From positions 25,875 to 89,874 of the forward strand of contig CAXBHX010000012.1 of the NCBI GenBank assembly GCA_963975655.1: a DNA stretch of 64,000 bases. Reading direction: 5' to 3'. The stretch is from an uncultured Verrucomicrobiales bacterium (lineage in GTDB: Bacteria > Verrucomicrobiota > Verrucomicrobiia > Verrucomicrobiales > DEV007). The notes under the pieces are model-generated. The model had not been told where the DNA came from. It saw only the letters and a program-made list of their open reading frames with translations, and ran no database searches. The position numbers and the translations under genes are program-made. Shown in pieces: positions 1-9,433 of the stretch. Each line of letters starts with the position of its first letter. The first letter of the stretch is position 1.

Positions 1-70
1 GCGCCTCGTCGATACCATGTTTTTCCAGGTATTCAGTGCCCTTCTTGAGGGTGTCGAGAATCGTCGGCAT
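1..70 (-). CDS. 5' end (23 codons) of a gene that runs off the left edge; the N-terminus resembles release-factor glutamine methyltransferase PrmC/HemK
   Basis: My own translation of the reverse complement of 1-70 gives MPTILDTLKKGTEYLEKHGIDEA, with ATG at 68-70, 14 nt past the stop (85-87) of the upstream gene. The xxLxxLKKxxxYLxxxGIxxA pattern is typical of PrmC N-terminal helices. Only 23 aa are visible, and the ORF is absent from the supplied track because it is truncated. Confidence 0.3.
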   Translation of the reverse strand, partial: MPTILDTLKKGTEYLEKHGIDEA

Positions 71-84
71 AACAGGCGCAGGTC

Positions 85-1290
85 TCAGAAGCCGAACAGG
101 CTTGAAGGAAGGGGGCGAGCCTTAAAAATGGGAAAAGGAGGTGATGTGACGTCTTTCCCACTGTTGAAGAATGAAGTGCGATTAAGCTGGTTGCTGAAAA
201 AGTGAAGGTTTCCGTCAGGCGCGATCAAAAGACCGCCTGGCCAGATCACTCTGGGGTCACGAATGAGGAGTCTAAGATTCAAGTAGTCCTCATCCGGCGT
301 CACATAGTCGATTGAGCCTCGGGAGATATCGCCAAAATAGATGCGTCCTTTGGAATCAATGGCCATGCTGTCGCAAATCGGCTTGGGGGATACACCGTTC
401 ACTTGATTCTCTAACACATGAGGCGCGATATCGAGACGGCGAAGAAGCTCGGTCTTGATCTTGAATAGAGAGGATCCATTTCGCGGACCATAGTAGAGCC
501 ACTCGCCTTTTCGATCGATGGCAATGGGGCTGACTCCAGTCAAAGGGGTTGCGAGATTTCCGTCCGGGCGTCTCACCTCAACGGACTTTCCATCCAACTC
601 GAGAGCGATGGCTGGATCCATCTGAGTGGATCGGTGCCCTTGGAGAACTCGTCTCGCTAGATTTGTTTCGGTATCAACGACAACGATGGCTGAATTCACT
701 CCGTCCGCAGGATCTGAGATGTAAATCAACGGTGCCGAAGGGTCCAAAACCAGATTTTTGAGGAAAGACCTAGGAGTTAATGCCTGAGGGTTGATGACAA
801 TAATTTGATGCAGGCGATCCTTCTTTGTGTCCCAGGCGACCAGTTTGGGAGGGGTGTCAGTGCGGCGACCGTTATCGAGCATCCAGACAATGCCCCGGGG
901 GTCGCAAACCACACCGAGTACGGAGTCGAGTACAACAGGTGAACCCGAGCCCGGAGTGTTCATCTCGGCGTTCGGAAAAGGAAGCCAGTTATTCTGCTTG
1001 TCCAGTATCATGACCCGGTTCTGATGTAGAAAGAACTGGTGGCAGGAAACAATATATTCTCCCGAAGGAAGGACACACATACCTCCGGGTCCAGTGGGTG
1101 CGTTTGTCGTCTCCTGCAGTTCGTTTCCGTTCTTTTTGAAGACACCCGGAAGTGAAGGAAGTCTCAGGTCAGGGGCAGGGCATACCGACACAACACTCAG
1201 AATCGCCAACGATACACCCACTCTAACGGCAAAAGTGCGCGAGAGACGACGGTGAAAGGCGATGACTGCCTGGAGGGAGGTGGAAAGCAT
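85..1290 (-). CDS. secreted beta-propeller protein, major royal jelly/yellow-like family
   Basis: 401-aa ORF with a hydrophobic signal-like N-terminus (VGVSLAILSVVSVCPAP). Blocks such as GVVCDPRGIVWMLDNGRRTDTPPKLVAWDTKKD and LIYISDPADGVNSAIVVVD resemble MRJP/yellow propeller repeats. Another six-bladed propeller family, such as SMP-30/strictosidine-synthase-like, is an alternative. Confidence 0.5.
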   Translation of the reverse strand: MLSTSLQAVIAFHRRLSRTFAVRVGVSLAILSVVSVCPAPDLRLPSLPGVFKKNGNELQETTNAPTGPGGMCVLPSGEYIVSCHQFFLHQNRVMILDKQNNWLPFPNAEMNTPGSGSPVVLDSVLGVVCDPRGIVWMLDNGRRTDTPPKLVAWDTKKDRLHQIIVINPQALTPRSFLKNLVLDPSAPLIYISDPADGVNSAIVVVDTETNLARRVLQGHRSTQMDPAIALELDGKSVEVRRPDGNLATPLTGVSPIAIDRKGEWLYYGPRNGSSLFKIKTELLRRLDIAPHVLENQVNGVSPKPICDSMAIDSKGRIYFGDISRGSIDYVTPDEDYLNLRLLIRDPRVIWPGGLLIAPDGNLHFFSNQLNRTSFFNSGKDVTSPPFPIFKARPLPSSLFGF

Positions 1291-1363
1291 ACAGGGGGTT
1301 CTGAAAAGGAGTATTTTCGACCAATATCAGCCGGGGTCAATGCCGCAGAATCGAACTGTTGAT

Positions 1364-3136
1364 TCAAGTAAGAAGCTCTGGGTAGGCCGATTGAACGATC
1401 TCGAGGCATTTCGATTTGACTGCGTCCTCAGTGCCACAGGCCCGGAGATGGTCAGTGAGTGGCTTGCAGTCTTCTGCCGAGAGTCGTGAGATGGCTTTGC
1501 GTGTCTTGAGGACCTGACCTGGACCGACCGAAAGTTCATCCACTCCCAGCCCTACCCAGACGGGTGTCATAATCAAGTCGCTGGCCGCTTCACCGCAGAC
1601 CCCACACCAGATATTATTCCGATGGGCGGCGTCGACCGTCTCTCTGATCATCGCGATCACGGCCGGATGCATGGGTTGATAAAGGGAGGCTACACGATCA
1701 TTTATCCGATCTACTGCGGTGGTGTATTGAATCAGATCGTTGGTTCCAATGCTGAAAAAATCAACCTCGCGTGCGAGATGGTCGGCAACCATCACCGCAC
1801 TGGGGATCTCAATCATCGCTCCAATTTCGATTTCCTCATCGAAGGCAATCTCGGACTCGCGCAGTTCCTGCTTGGCGATCTCCATCTGGCTCTTGGCCCC
1901 GATGATTTCCTCAACCGTTGAAATGAAGGGGAACATGACGCGAATTTTTCCGAAAGCACTGGCCCGGAGAATCGCCCGAAGTTGGACTCTGAATTCCTTG
2001 GCGCGATCCAAACTCATCCGAATTCCCCGCCACCCAAGAAAGGGATTGGGCTCTGGATTCTCGTAAAGTTCGGGAAAGAGCTTATCACCCCCAATGTCCA
2101 GAGTGCGTATGATCACCCCATGGGGTGAAGTGGCTTCAGCCACCTTCTGATAGTTTTTGAACTGACTCTCCTCGCTCCTCTGCTCTTTCTCACTGAGATA
2201 GAAGAACTCGGTCCGATAGAGTCCGATACCCTCAGCGTCTTGATTGGCAACTGCCTCTAGCTCCTCAAGAAACTCGATATTGGCGGAGAGAGTGATCTGT
2301 GTGCCATCTAAAGTTTTGGTGGGTTGCCCTTTGAATGAATCAAGATCTGAGAGGATCTCTTTCTCTTTCTGAGCCAGTTCCTCGTATTCAACAAGAGTTT
2401 CGGGCGATGGATTGACGATGACGAGGCCGTGATATCCATCGATTAGAACATTTTCGCCTGCCACACAGGTTTTCGGAATCTGATGGAGTGCTACGACAGC
2501 GGGAATACTCAATGCCCTGGCGATAATAGCCGTATGAGAGGTCGCGCTGCCCACCTCCGTGGCAAATCCCTGTACCTTGGTGCGATCAAGGCCCACGGTG
2601 TCGGAAGGTGTCAGATCGTGTGCCAGAATCACCGATGAAGAAGGGGCCTCCCCTGATGATTCGTTCTGACTCTCGGTCCATTTCAAGTTCTTGAGGACCC
2701 GACTGGCAACGTCTTCAATATCGACCGCCCGCTCCCTAAGGTAGGGGTCTGAGATCTTTCGCAGGGAATCGATGTAGCGTTTGACCACCGTGTAATATGA
2801 ATATTCGATCGTGTATAGCTGGGTCTCACTGATTCTTAAGACCTCGTTCAGGACGGTGGAATCTTCGAGGAGAAGGAGGTGAGCGTCGAAGATCCCCGCG
2901 TGATCCTCTCCCTCTTCGGAGGCGATTTCGCTCTGTAGCTCAAGGATCTGGTCCCGGGTTGCCACTAACGCAAGAGAGAGGCGCGCCTTCTCTGCCTCGA
3001 CATCATCACGAGTGATGCTGATGCTCTCGGGTTCTTCAAGAGTCTTTCCCAGAATCTCGGAGGGGCCCCAGGCTATTCCGGGGGAAACGCCGATGCCCTG
3101 CAGTCGAATCTCGGCTTTTTGGGCACTCGCGGTCAT
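1364..3136 (-). CDS. ptsI: phosphoenolpyruvate-protein phosphotransferase (PTS enzyme I)
   Basis: 590 aa. It has the GIGVSPGIAWG N-terminus, the phospho-His region GSATSHTAIIARALSIPAVV, and C-terminal PEP-utiliser motifs (GLYRTEFFY, FFSIGTNDLIQY, WCGVCGE). Confidence 0.93.
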   Translation of the reverse strand: MTASAQKAEIRLQGIGVSPGIAWGPSEILGKTLEEPESISITRDDVEAEKARLSLALVATRDQILELQSEIASEEGEDHAGIFDAHLLLLEDSTVLNEVLRISETQLYTIEYSYYTVVKRYIDSLRKISDPYLRERAVDIEDVASRVLKNLKWTESQNESSGEAPSSSVILAHDLTPSDTVGLDRTKVQGFATEVGSATSHTAIIARALSIPAVVALHQIPKTCVAGENVLIDGYHGLVIVNPSPETLVEYEELAQKEKEILSDLDSFKGQPTKTLDGTQITLSANIEFLEELEAVANQDAEGIGLYRTEFFYLSEKEQRSEESQFKNYQKVAEATSPHGVIIRTLDIGGDKLFPELYENPEPNPFLGWRGIRMSLDRAKEFRVQLRAILRASAFGKIRVMFPFISTVEEIIGAKSQMEIAKQELRESEIAFDEEIEIGAMIEIPSAVMVADHLAREVDFFSIGTNDLIQYTTAVDRINDRVASLYQPMHPAVIAMIRETVDAAHRNNIWCGVCGEAASDLIMTPVWVGLGVDELSVGPGQVLKTRKAISRLSAEDCKPLTDHLRACGTEDAVKSKCLEIVQSAYPELLT

Positions 3137-3222
3137 TAATTACGCTATCTAAACGATCCACCTCGGGAAATATTATACATCCAGAGAGAATCCGACCTAA
3201 AATCGCAGAATATGACGTGATT

Positions 3223-3492
3223 TCAACAATCTGCCTCAAACCCGCTGTTTACGAGTACGGTGATTTTGGCGATAGCGTCTTCAGCATCATCACCTTCGGC
3301 GGTGACACGAATGATCGATCCCTGAGCCGCAGCGAGCATCATCAACCCCATGATGCTCTTGCCATTGATCTCTTCGTCGTCCTTCTCAACCCATATCTCA
3401 GAGGAGAACTGGCTCGCCATCTTTACGAACTTGGCAGCGGGCCGGGCATGGAGCCCCTCCTCGTTCGGTATGGTTAGTTCACAATCTGGCAT
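3223..3492 (-). CDS. ptsH: phosphocarrier protein HPr
   Basis: I moved the start to the ATG at 3490-3492 (MPDCELTIPNEEGLHARPA), 11 codons inside the track ORF. This gives 89 aa and places His15 (GLHARPA) and Ser46 (NGKSIMG) at their canonical positions. Confidence 0.9.
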   Translation of the reverse strand: MPDCELTIPNEEGLHARPAAKFVKMASQFSSEIWVEKDDEEINGKSIMGLMMLAAAQGSIIRVTAEGDDAEDAIAKITVLVNSGFEADC

Positions 3493-3531
3493 CACTAGCA
3501 ATTCTATGCGGCCCCGGCAGGCCAATGCATA

Positions 3532-4515
3532 CTAAACCAACGATTTACGTTGATCTCGCATCCTTTTCAATAGTTTCTTGTTGAATTCAACGGCCGAATC
3601 ATGTCCCAGAGATTTTAATTTCTGGTCCAGGGCGGCGACTTCGATCAGTTGTGCCATGTCTCGCCCCGGAGCAACCGGCAGCTCAATATGCGGCACATTC
3701 ATTCCGAGAACCTCGACTGTTTCACGATCAAGCCCGACCCGTTCCATGGAGTGGCTATCGTCTTCACGTTTCAAGGTGACTACTAGATCGAGACGCTTTT
3801 CGGTGCGAAACGTCCCGACGCCAAAGAGAGCCGATACGTTGATGATTCCGAGCCCACGAACCTCCATATAGCTGCGGCCCAATTCCGGCGCGGTCGCGAT
3901 CAATTCCCGGTCCTCGATGTTTCGAATCCGGACCATATCATCAGCCACAAGGCTGGCTCCCCGGCGAAGCAGGGCCAGAACTGTCTCACTCTTGCCCGTT
4001 CCGCTGTCTCCCCGAATCAAAATGCCAATTCCCATCACATCGACCATGCATCCGTGCTCAGTCGTGGATGGGGCAAACTCCCAGTCCAGCCGAACGGTGG
4101 CTGCGTTGATGTAATTCATCGTGACCATGGAGGTCTGAAAAACGGATACTTCAGCCTCATTCGCGATCTCGAGAAGGTTCCCGGGCAGGTCCTGCCCCCG
4201 ACTGACAATAATGCAGGGGATTCGCTGCTGACACAGATCGAAGAATTTCTTCTCGGCGTTCAGTGGGCTTAGGTGCTTCAGGTAGGATCTCTCTGCCAGC
4301 CCGATGACCTGAATCCGGTGTAGCGCGAAGTATTTGTAGAAACCTGACAACGCGAGGCCGGGGCGATTAATAGTAGGCTCTAGAATTCGTCTCGAATAGC
4401 CTGCCTGACTGCCCACGAGTTGCATAGAAAGCTCCTTGGAGTGGCGCTCAAAAAATCCCCCAACCTCAAGAGTCGGGGGCTTGGTGGATTGTGATTTTTT
4501 GGGGGAGGGAGGCAT
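3532..4515 (-). CDS. hprK: HPr kinase/phosphorylase
   Basis: Walker A GDSGTGKSE, followed by ASLVADD and MEVRGLGIINV. I moved the start to the ATG at 4513-4515 (MPPSPKK), giving 327 aa. The longer track ORF would read through a terminator hairpin and into the 3' end of the upstream OMF gene. Confidence 0.9.
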   Translation of the reverse strand: MPPSPKKSQSTKPPTLEVGGFFERHSKELSMQLVGSQAGYSRRILEPTINRPGLALSGFYKYFALHRIQVIGLAERSYLKHLSPLNAEKKFFDLCQQRIPCIIVSRGQDLPGNLLEIANEAEVSVFQTSMVTMNYINAATVRLDWEFAPSTTEHGCMVDVMGIGILIRGDSGTGKSETVLALLRRGASLVADDMVRIRNIEDRELIATAPELGRSYMEVRGLGIINVSALFGVGTFRTEKRLDLVVTLKREDDSHSMERVGLDRETVEVLGMNVPHIELPVAPGRDMAQLIEVAALDQKLKSLGHDSAVEFNKKLLKRMRDQRKSLV

Positions 4516-4553
4516 CTTTGTGTCAGAGTATCGGATAGGAGGTCGCCATGGCC

Positions 4554-4583
4554 AATAAAAAAGGCGGAACCGAGGTCCCGCCT
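4554..4583 (-). terminator. rho-independent terminator after the efflux operon
   Basis: On the minus strand: aggcgg-gacctcggtt-ccgcct followed by tttttatt. It lies 46 nt downstream of the OMF stop at 4629. Confidence 0.55.
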
Positions 4584-4628
4584 TTGTGTATGCCGCCTCA
4601 GTTACCCGGCGGACAGCTGTGATGCTGA

Positions 4629-6191
4629 TCAGTCTACCGATTTGGACTTCGGTTGGAATATCTTTGAGAAAATCCCCGTCGTCTGATTCGACTTTGTTTC
4701 GGTCTCTACCGGTTGGGCTGTAATGGGGCGGGAGGCGGCCATGGGTGCCGTTTGTTCCTCGACTCTGATGATGATTTCTTCGACGTCGACCGTATCGGTG
4801 CAAGGCTGCCCCAGTGCGGTAAAGAGTGAATATTGGGCTTTGTTGTAGTCGATAACGGCATCGACGTAGAGGCGGCCGGCGACATCGAGAGCGCTGATAG
4901 CCTGAAGGGCTTCGACTGGGAGCCCCTGATTTTCAAAAATACGTGTCCGATTGAGTTGATAGGCTGTTCTACCTCGCTCGATTGCCCGTTCTCCAATATC
5001 AACTTGTCGTGATCGGGACACCACCATCGCGCGGGCAGTGGCGACCTCTGCGGCGAGTCGGTCCATTGCATCAAGTTCTTCAACCATCTGTTGATTCAGA
5101 ATGGATCGCTGCATCTTCGTGTCAGCACGGTCACCGAGGCCGAAGTTTTGCAATTCCCAGTAAACAACGGCATTGATGTCGGCCCGATCGCCGCTGCTGT
5201 TGAGAGTGCTTCCCTGTCCGCCGAGAAATGTCCCGAGGCTGGATGAAACCGCAACGCTCGGAATCAGGACTGCATTCTCGGCTTTCCTTAACTGAGTTGA
5301 GGCTACGCTGACCAGGGCTGATTCGCGCTCAATGGAAGGATGGTTCTCAAGCGCGGTGACAATGAGGGCACTGACCGAGTCACAATTGGCTACGAAATCA
5401 ACAGGCACGGCGCGGTTGGCGTGGGGCTCGAGCTGGGTCGTTGGATCGAGGCGGAGAAGTCTGGCTAGTTCGATCGAATTTACGAGCGCTGACTCTCTGG
5501 CTCGCTCCATGTTTCTCTGATAGACCAATTGTTCGACTGCAGCACGAGCAACGTCAGATTCCAGACCTTCGCCCGATTGAGCGAATGAAGAGGTGGTGTT
5601 GTATAGCTCGTTGGCGTTTTGAAGGCTTTCCTGAGCGACCGCGAAGTGGCTCTTGGCACGAAGTAGCTCATAGTAGGCATGAGCTACATTGAGAAGTGTG
5701 TCGAGGCGCTGATCCAAAAGGTCGGCTCGAACAGCTGTCAGGTTTTGTTTGGCTGCAAGAGGATCGAAGAAGGTGTCCGCCAGATCTGTCTGAATCGAGA
5801 TTCCCGGGACGGTTGCGTTGCCTGCACCAGTGGCTCCAGCTCCAAGACCCGCTTGAGAGGCGCTGCGATTTATATCCAGAATTTTACCGTTAGTTTCCTG
5901 CAACGGACCATCGTGGCGGTAGATGCTCGCTCCGATTGATAGATCCGGAATCAGGCTCAGCTTTGCTTTGTCGAGCCTCGCTTCAGCCTCGGTGATTCTT
6001 TCACGGGCAACCTTGATTCGATTGTTTTCCGCCTTCGCCAGACGGAGGGCCGTGGGGAGGTCGATGGCATAGACTGCGTCATCAGCATGTACAAGCCCCG
6101 CCATGGAAATTGCCATGAAAAGAGCCACTCCCGCGCAAGTTGAGGATAATGGGGCACGGCCCGGAAGAAGGAATTGAGAAAGATTGCTCAT
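4629..6191 (-). CDS. outer-membrane efflux protein (TolC/OMF family)
   Basis: 520 aa with a signal peptide. The N-terminal IDLPTALRLAKAENNRIKVARERITEAEARL is typical of the first OEP repeat, and a second repeat follows (SVSALIVTALENHPSIERESALV). It is the third gene after the MFP and RND genes. Confidence 0.85.
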   Translation of the reverse strand: MSNLSQFLLPGRAPLSSTCAGVALFMAISMAGLVHADDAVYAIDLPTALRLAKAENNRIKVARERITEAEARLDKAKLSLIPDLSIGASIYRHDGPLQETNGKILDINRSASQAGLGAGATGAGNATVPGISIQTDLADTFFDPLAAKQNLTAVRADLLDQRLDTLLNVAHAYYELLRAKSHFAVAQESLQNANELYNTTSSFAQSGEGLESDVARAAVEQLVYQRNMERARESALVNSIELARLLRLDPTTQLEPHANRAVPVDFVANCDSVSALIVTALENHPSIERESALVSVASTQLRKAENAVLIPSVAVSSSLGTFLGGQGSTLNSSGDRADINAVVYWELQNFGLGDRADTKMQRSILNQQMVEELDAMDRLAAEVATARAMVVSRSRQVDIGERAIERGRTAYQLNRTRIFENQGLPVEALQAISALDVAGRLYVDAVIDYNKAQYSLFTALGQPCTDTVDVEEIIIRVEEQTAPMAASRPITAQPVETETKSNQTTGIFSKIFQPKSKSVD

Positions 6192-6224
6192 GATTGCGGG
6201 AATGGAATCAGTCGGTGAGTGCCG

Positions 6225-9200
6225 TTAGGCTGCGGAGGGAGAGGGCTCGGCCGGTGAACTTGTAATGGGTCTTTTGACGAGTGCGTAAACACATGGAACG
6301 AGGAAAAGGGTCAGAATAGTCGAGACGATCATGCCTCCGATTACCGCTCGAGCGAGAGGGATCATCGCTTCGTTGCCGGGAAGGAGAGCGAAGGCAAAGG
6401 GTGCCATGGACGCGAGGAGTGTGAGTGATGTCATCAGAATCGGTCTGACACGCACACGGGCAGCAGTGAATGCTGATTCGAAGGGAGACATTCCCTGAGC
6501 CAGTTTCACATTAGCAAATTCGACCAGGAGAATGGAGTTGTTCACCACCACACCAATGAGCATGAGGGATCCCATCAGAGATTGAATATTTAGCGTGGTT
6601 TTTGTCAGAGTGAGAGCAAGCACGACTCCAGCAAGAGCAAGCGGAACCGCGAGCATGATGATGAGAGGATCCGTGAATGAGCGAAACTGGGCCATCAGGA
6701 CCAGAAAGACCACCACGGATGCGACGAGAAGTCCGATGCCGATGGTGGAAGCACCTTCACGCATGGCTTTGACTGGCCCTTGCAGTGAAACGGTGACTCC
6801 GGATGGCAGCTCAAGTTCTGAGAGCTTGGCTTCGACATCCCTCACGACCGAACCCACATCGCGCCCCGAAACATTCACATAGACATTGTTGACTCGAGTA
6901 ATGTCAGCATGCGCGATTTCACCGGGGATACTGACTCGACTAATCTCGGCGATATTGGAGAGGGGAATCGTGGTTGGTCCTTCGGGAGTCTGGATGCGAA
7001 GGGGAAGGTTCCTGAGTTCGTCAAGGGAGTCTGCCCGGTTGTCCTTAAGCTGCACGCCAATGAAAAAGTCCTTACCATCTGGTGCGATCCAGATCATCGA
7101 AGTGAAGCCCGTACTGGAACCATAAGCAGTCAGGACGTTCTTAGCGACCTCCTCCTGGCTGAGGCCATAGTAGGCTGCCCGGGTTCGGTCGACCTGTATA
7201 TCCAATTGAGGGTAGTCCAGCATTTGAGCAATCTGGACATCGGCAGCACCAGGAACGGACTTCATGGCGGCTTCGATGATTTCAGCGGCCTCACGTCCTG
7301 CACTGAGCGTTCCCGTCTTGATTTCAATGTCAATAGGGGTGGGCTTGCCTTCATTGATGGCGGCGTTAATGATGCCGCCAGTGACGAATAAAAATTTCTC
7401 GGAGGGGAACTCGGTTTTCCACTTCTCTCTTAGCTCCTCGACATACTCTCTGGTGGAGGTGGAGCGACCTTTTAAGCTGAGGTTCACAATGACGTAGGCG
7501 GTATCAGGGCCTGAGTTTGAACTCAAGATGGTTGAGAATCCTGCCCCTTTACCGACAGGCAATCCAATGTTCGAAATGATGGCCTGAATCTCATTTTCAG
7601 GGATCACCGATTTAATCGAATCCTCTACCGAAGCGACCAATTCTTCCGTCTTGAGCAATTTTGTGCCGGGTACCGTTTTGATGCGAACCTCAAACGTACC
7701 AGCATCGACCTCTGGAAATAACTCCTGACCCAACAATGGGAACAAGAGAAAGCTCGCCGCGGTTCCGCCTACAATCACCATGACAGTGAGTAAGCGGGCT
7801 TTCATGGATAACCGGAGAAGCCCGGCGTACAATCCGGTCGCCTCAGCAGAACTGGACTCCTCTGACCGTGTGTTCTTGCCGGTTCCCTTATTTTCCCCAA
7901 GAAAACGAGCACAGAAGCTGGGCGCTACTGTCATCGCGATAAAGTAGGATGCTGCGATTGTGATCGCGGCAGCAAGAGCCAGCGGAAGGAAAAGAAACTT
8001 CACCATTCCGGTGAGAAACACGGCCGGAATAAAGACGACCATGGTGGTGATGGTTCCGGCCAGAACTGGAGCAGAAACCTCTATGGCGCCATCAGCTGCG
8101 GCGGTGGCCGAATCTTTACCCATCTCTCGATGGCGCATAATGTTCTCTACCACGACAATACCGGCGTCGACCACCGTGCCGACGGCCAGGGCAAGTCCGC
8201 CCAAAGTCATCACGTTGATGGTTTCTCCGGTAAAGAAGAAGCCTAGGATTCCGACCAATAGGGCCAAAGGCAACATCAGCAAGATAGCCAGTGCCGGGCG
8301 CAGTTTGCGCAGGAAGAGGATAACGATAACCACCACCAGAAGAGCTCCAAGGCCCAGTTGCATCTGGAGGTTCGAAATCGCCTGCCGGATGTAGGTGGAT
8401 TGATCGCTCACCAAATCGATTTGAACCGCTTCGGGGATATCCCCTCGAAGCTTCATTTTGGGGATCTCTTCAGCGATACCCTTACGAATACGGTCAACCA
8501 CTTGAATCGTATTCTTTCCTGGCTCGCGGAGGAGGGGGACATAGACGGATCGTCGACCGTTGACACGGACAATGTTGTATTGGAGTGCCGCGTCGTCCTT
8601 GGTGGTGGCGACGTCTTTCACAAAAATGGGCTGGTTGTCGCGTACTCCGACGATGACGTTGTCGATCGCGTCGGTGTCCTTCAGCGTGTTGATCATGTGG
8701 ACCTGGTAGTCAGTGTCTCCCAGTTCGATTGTTCCCCCCGCCATCACCAGGTTGGCTCGCTCAAGCGCGTCAACAACATCCGTGAAAGTGAAATTGTATG
8801 AGGCCAGCTTGGCTGGATCGACGTAGGCCATGACCTGACGAAAGCGCCCTCCGAATGGGTGAGGGATCTGGACCCCCTCGAGGCCTCCCATTTTGTTCCG
8901 AACCGCGTAGTAGCCGATCGTATAGAGTTCGGACTCGCTGAGACCTTCACCTGAAATCGCACCGAGAAGCACCGGCATGTTAGACGGTTCACTTCGCAGG
9001 GTGAATGGAAACTCTATCCCCGGGGGGAGGTGAAACATATCGCTCAACTCGTAGTTGAAGATATCATTCATCGCGGCGGACGGGTCAGTCCCGGGTTGGA
9101 ACGTCACCTTGAGCATGGCGGCCCCCGGCATAGTGCGTGATTCAATTCGCTCTCGATTGCCTGCTAGAGTCAGCGCTCGCTCAACGCGCGAAGTCACTGA

Positions 9201-9383
9201 TTTCTCCATCTCCAATGTGGGAAGCCCCTGGTAGGAGAAGAAGCTCATAATGACGGGCTTCTTGAAGTCAGGAAGAATGTCCGCCGGGATCTGCGGAAAT
9301 ACGGCCACACCCAAAAATGAAAGGCCGAGAATCGCGGCCAGAATAGTGAAGGGGTTCCGGAGGGAGAATCGGACGAGGTTCAT
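6225..9383 (-). CDS. RND efflux pump inner-membrane subunit (AcrB/AcrD/AcrF family)
   Basis: 1052 aa with the canonical 12-TM layout and two large periplasmic loops. The N-terminus MNLVRFSLRNPFTILAAILGL is typical of the family. Confidence 0.93.
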   Translation of the reverse strand: MNLVRFSLRNPFTILAAILGLSFLGVAVFPQIPADILPDFKKPVIMSFFSYQGLPTLEMEKSVTSRVERALTLAGNRERIESRTMPGAAMLKVTFQPGTDPSAAMNDIFNYELSDMFHLPPGIEFPFTLRSEPSNMPVLLGAISGEGLSESELYTIGYYAVRNKMGGLEGVQIPHPFGGRFRQVMAYVDPAKLASYNFTFTDVVDALERANLVMAGGTIELGDTDYQVHMINTLKDTDAIDNVIVGVRDNQPIFVKDVATTKDDAALQYNIVRVNGRRSVYVPLLREPGKNTIQVVDRIRKGIAEEIPKMKLRGDIPEAVQIDLVSDQSTYIRQAISNLQMQLGLGALLVVVIVILFLRKLRPALAILLMLPLALLVGILGFFFTGETINVMTLGGLALAVGTVVDAGIVVVENIMRHREMGKDSATAAADGAIEVSAPVLAGTITTMVVFIPAVFLTGMVKFLFLPLALAAAITIAASYFIAMTVAPSFCARFLGENKGTGKNTRSEESSSAEATGLYAGLLRLSMKARLLTVMVIVGGTAASFLLFPLLGQELFPEVDAGTFEVRIKTVPGTKLLKTEELVASVEDSIKSVIPENEIQAIISNIGLPVGKGAGFSTILSSNSGPDTAYVIVNLSLKGRSTSTREYVEELREKWKTEFPSEKFLFVTGGIINAAINEGKPTPIDIEIKTGTLSAGREAAEIIEAAMKSVPGAADVQIAQMLDYPQLDIQVDRTRAAYYGLSQEEVAKNVLTAYGSSTGFTSMIWIAPDGKDFFIGVQLKDNRADSLDELRNLPLRIQTPEGPTTIPLSNIAEISRVSIPGEIAHADITRVNNVYVNVSGRDVGSVVRDVEAKLSELELPSGVTVSLQGPVKAMREGASTIGIGLLVASVVVFLVLMAQFRSFTDPLIIMLAVPLALAGVVLALTLTKTTLNIQSLMGSLMLIGVVVNNSILLVEFANVKLAQGMSPFESAFTAARVRVRPILMTSLTLLASMAPFAFALLPGNEAMIPLARAVIGGMIVSTILTLFLVPCVYALVKRPITSSPAEPSPSAA

Positions 9384-9433
9384 CGCGGGGCGCTCGATAG
9401 AAAGAGACGGGAGTTACGTGCGGTCTAGAAAGT

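Noticed and set aside
4516-4803. The upstream 96 codons of the hprK track ORF, overlapping the 3' end of the OMF gene.
   Set aside because: The extension is Arg/His/Pro-rich and non-homologous to HprK, and it crosses a terminator hairpin. The Met at 4515 gives a normal-length HprK.
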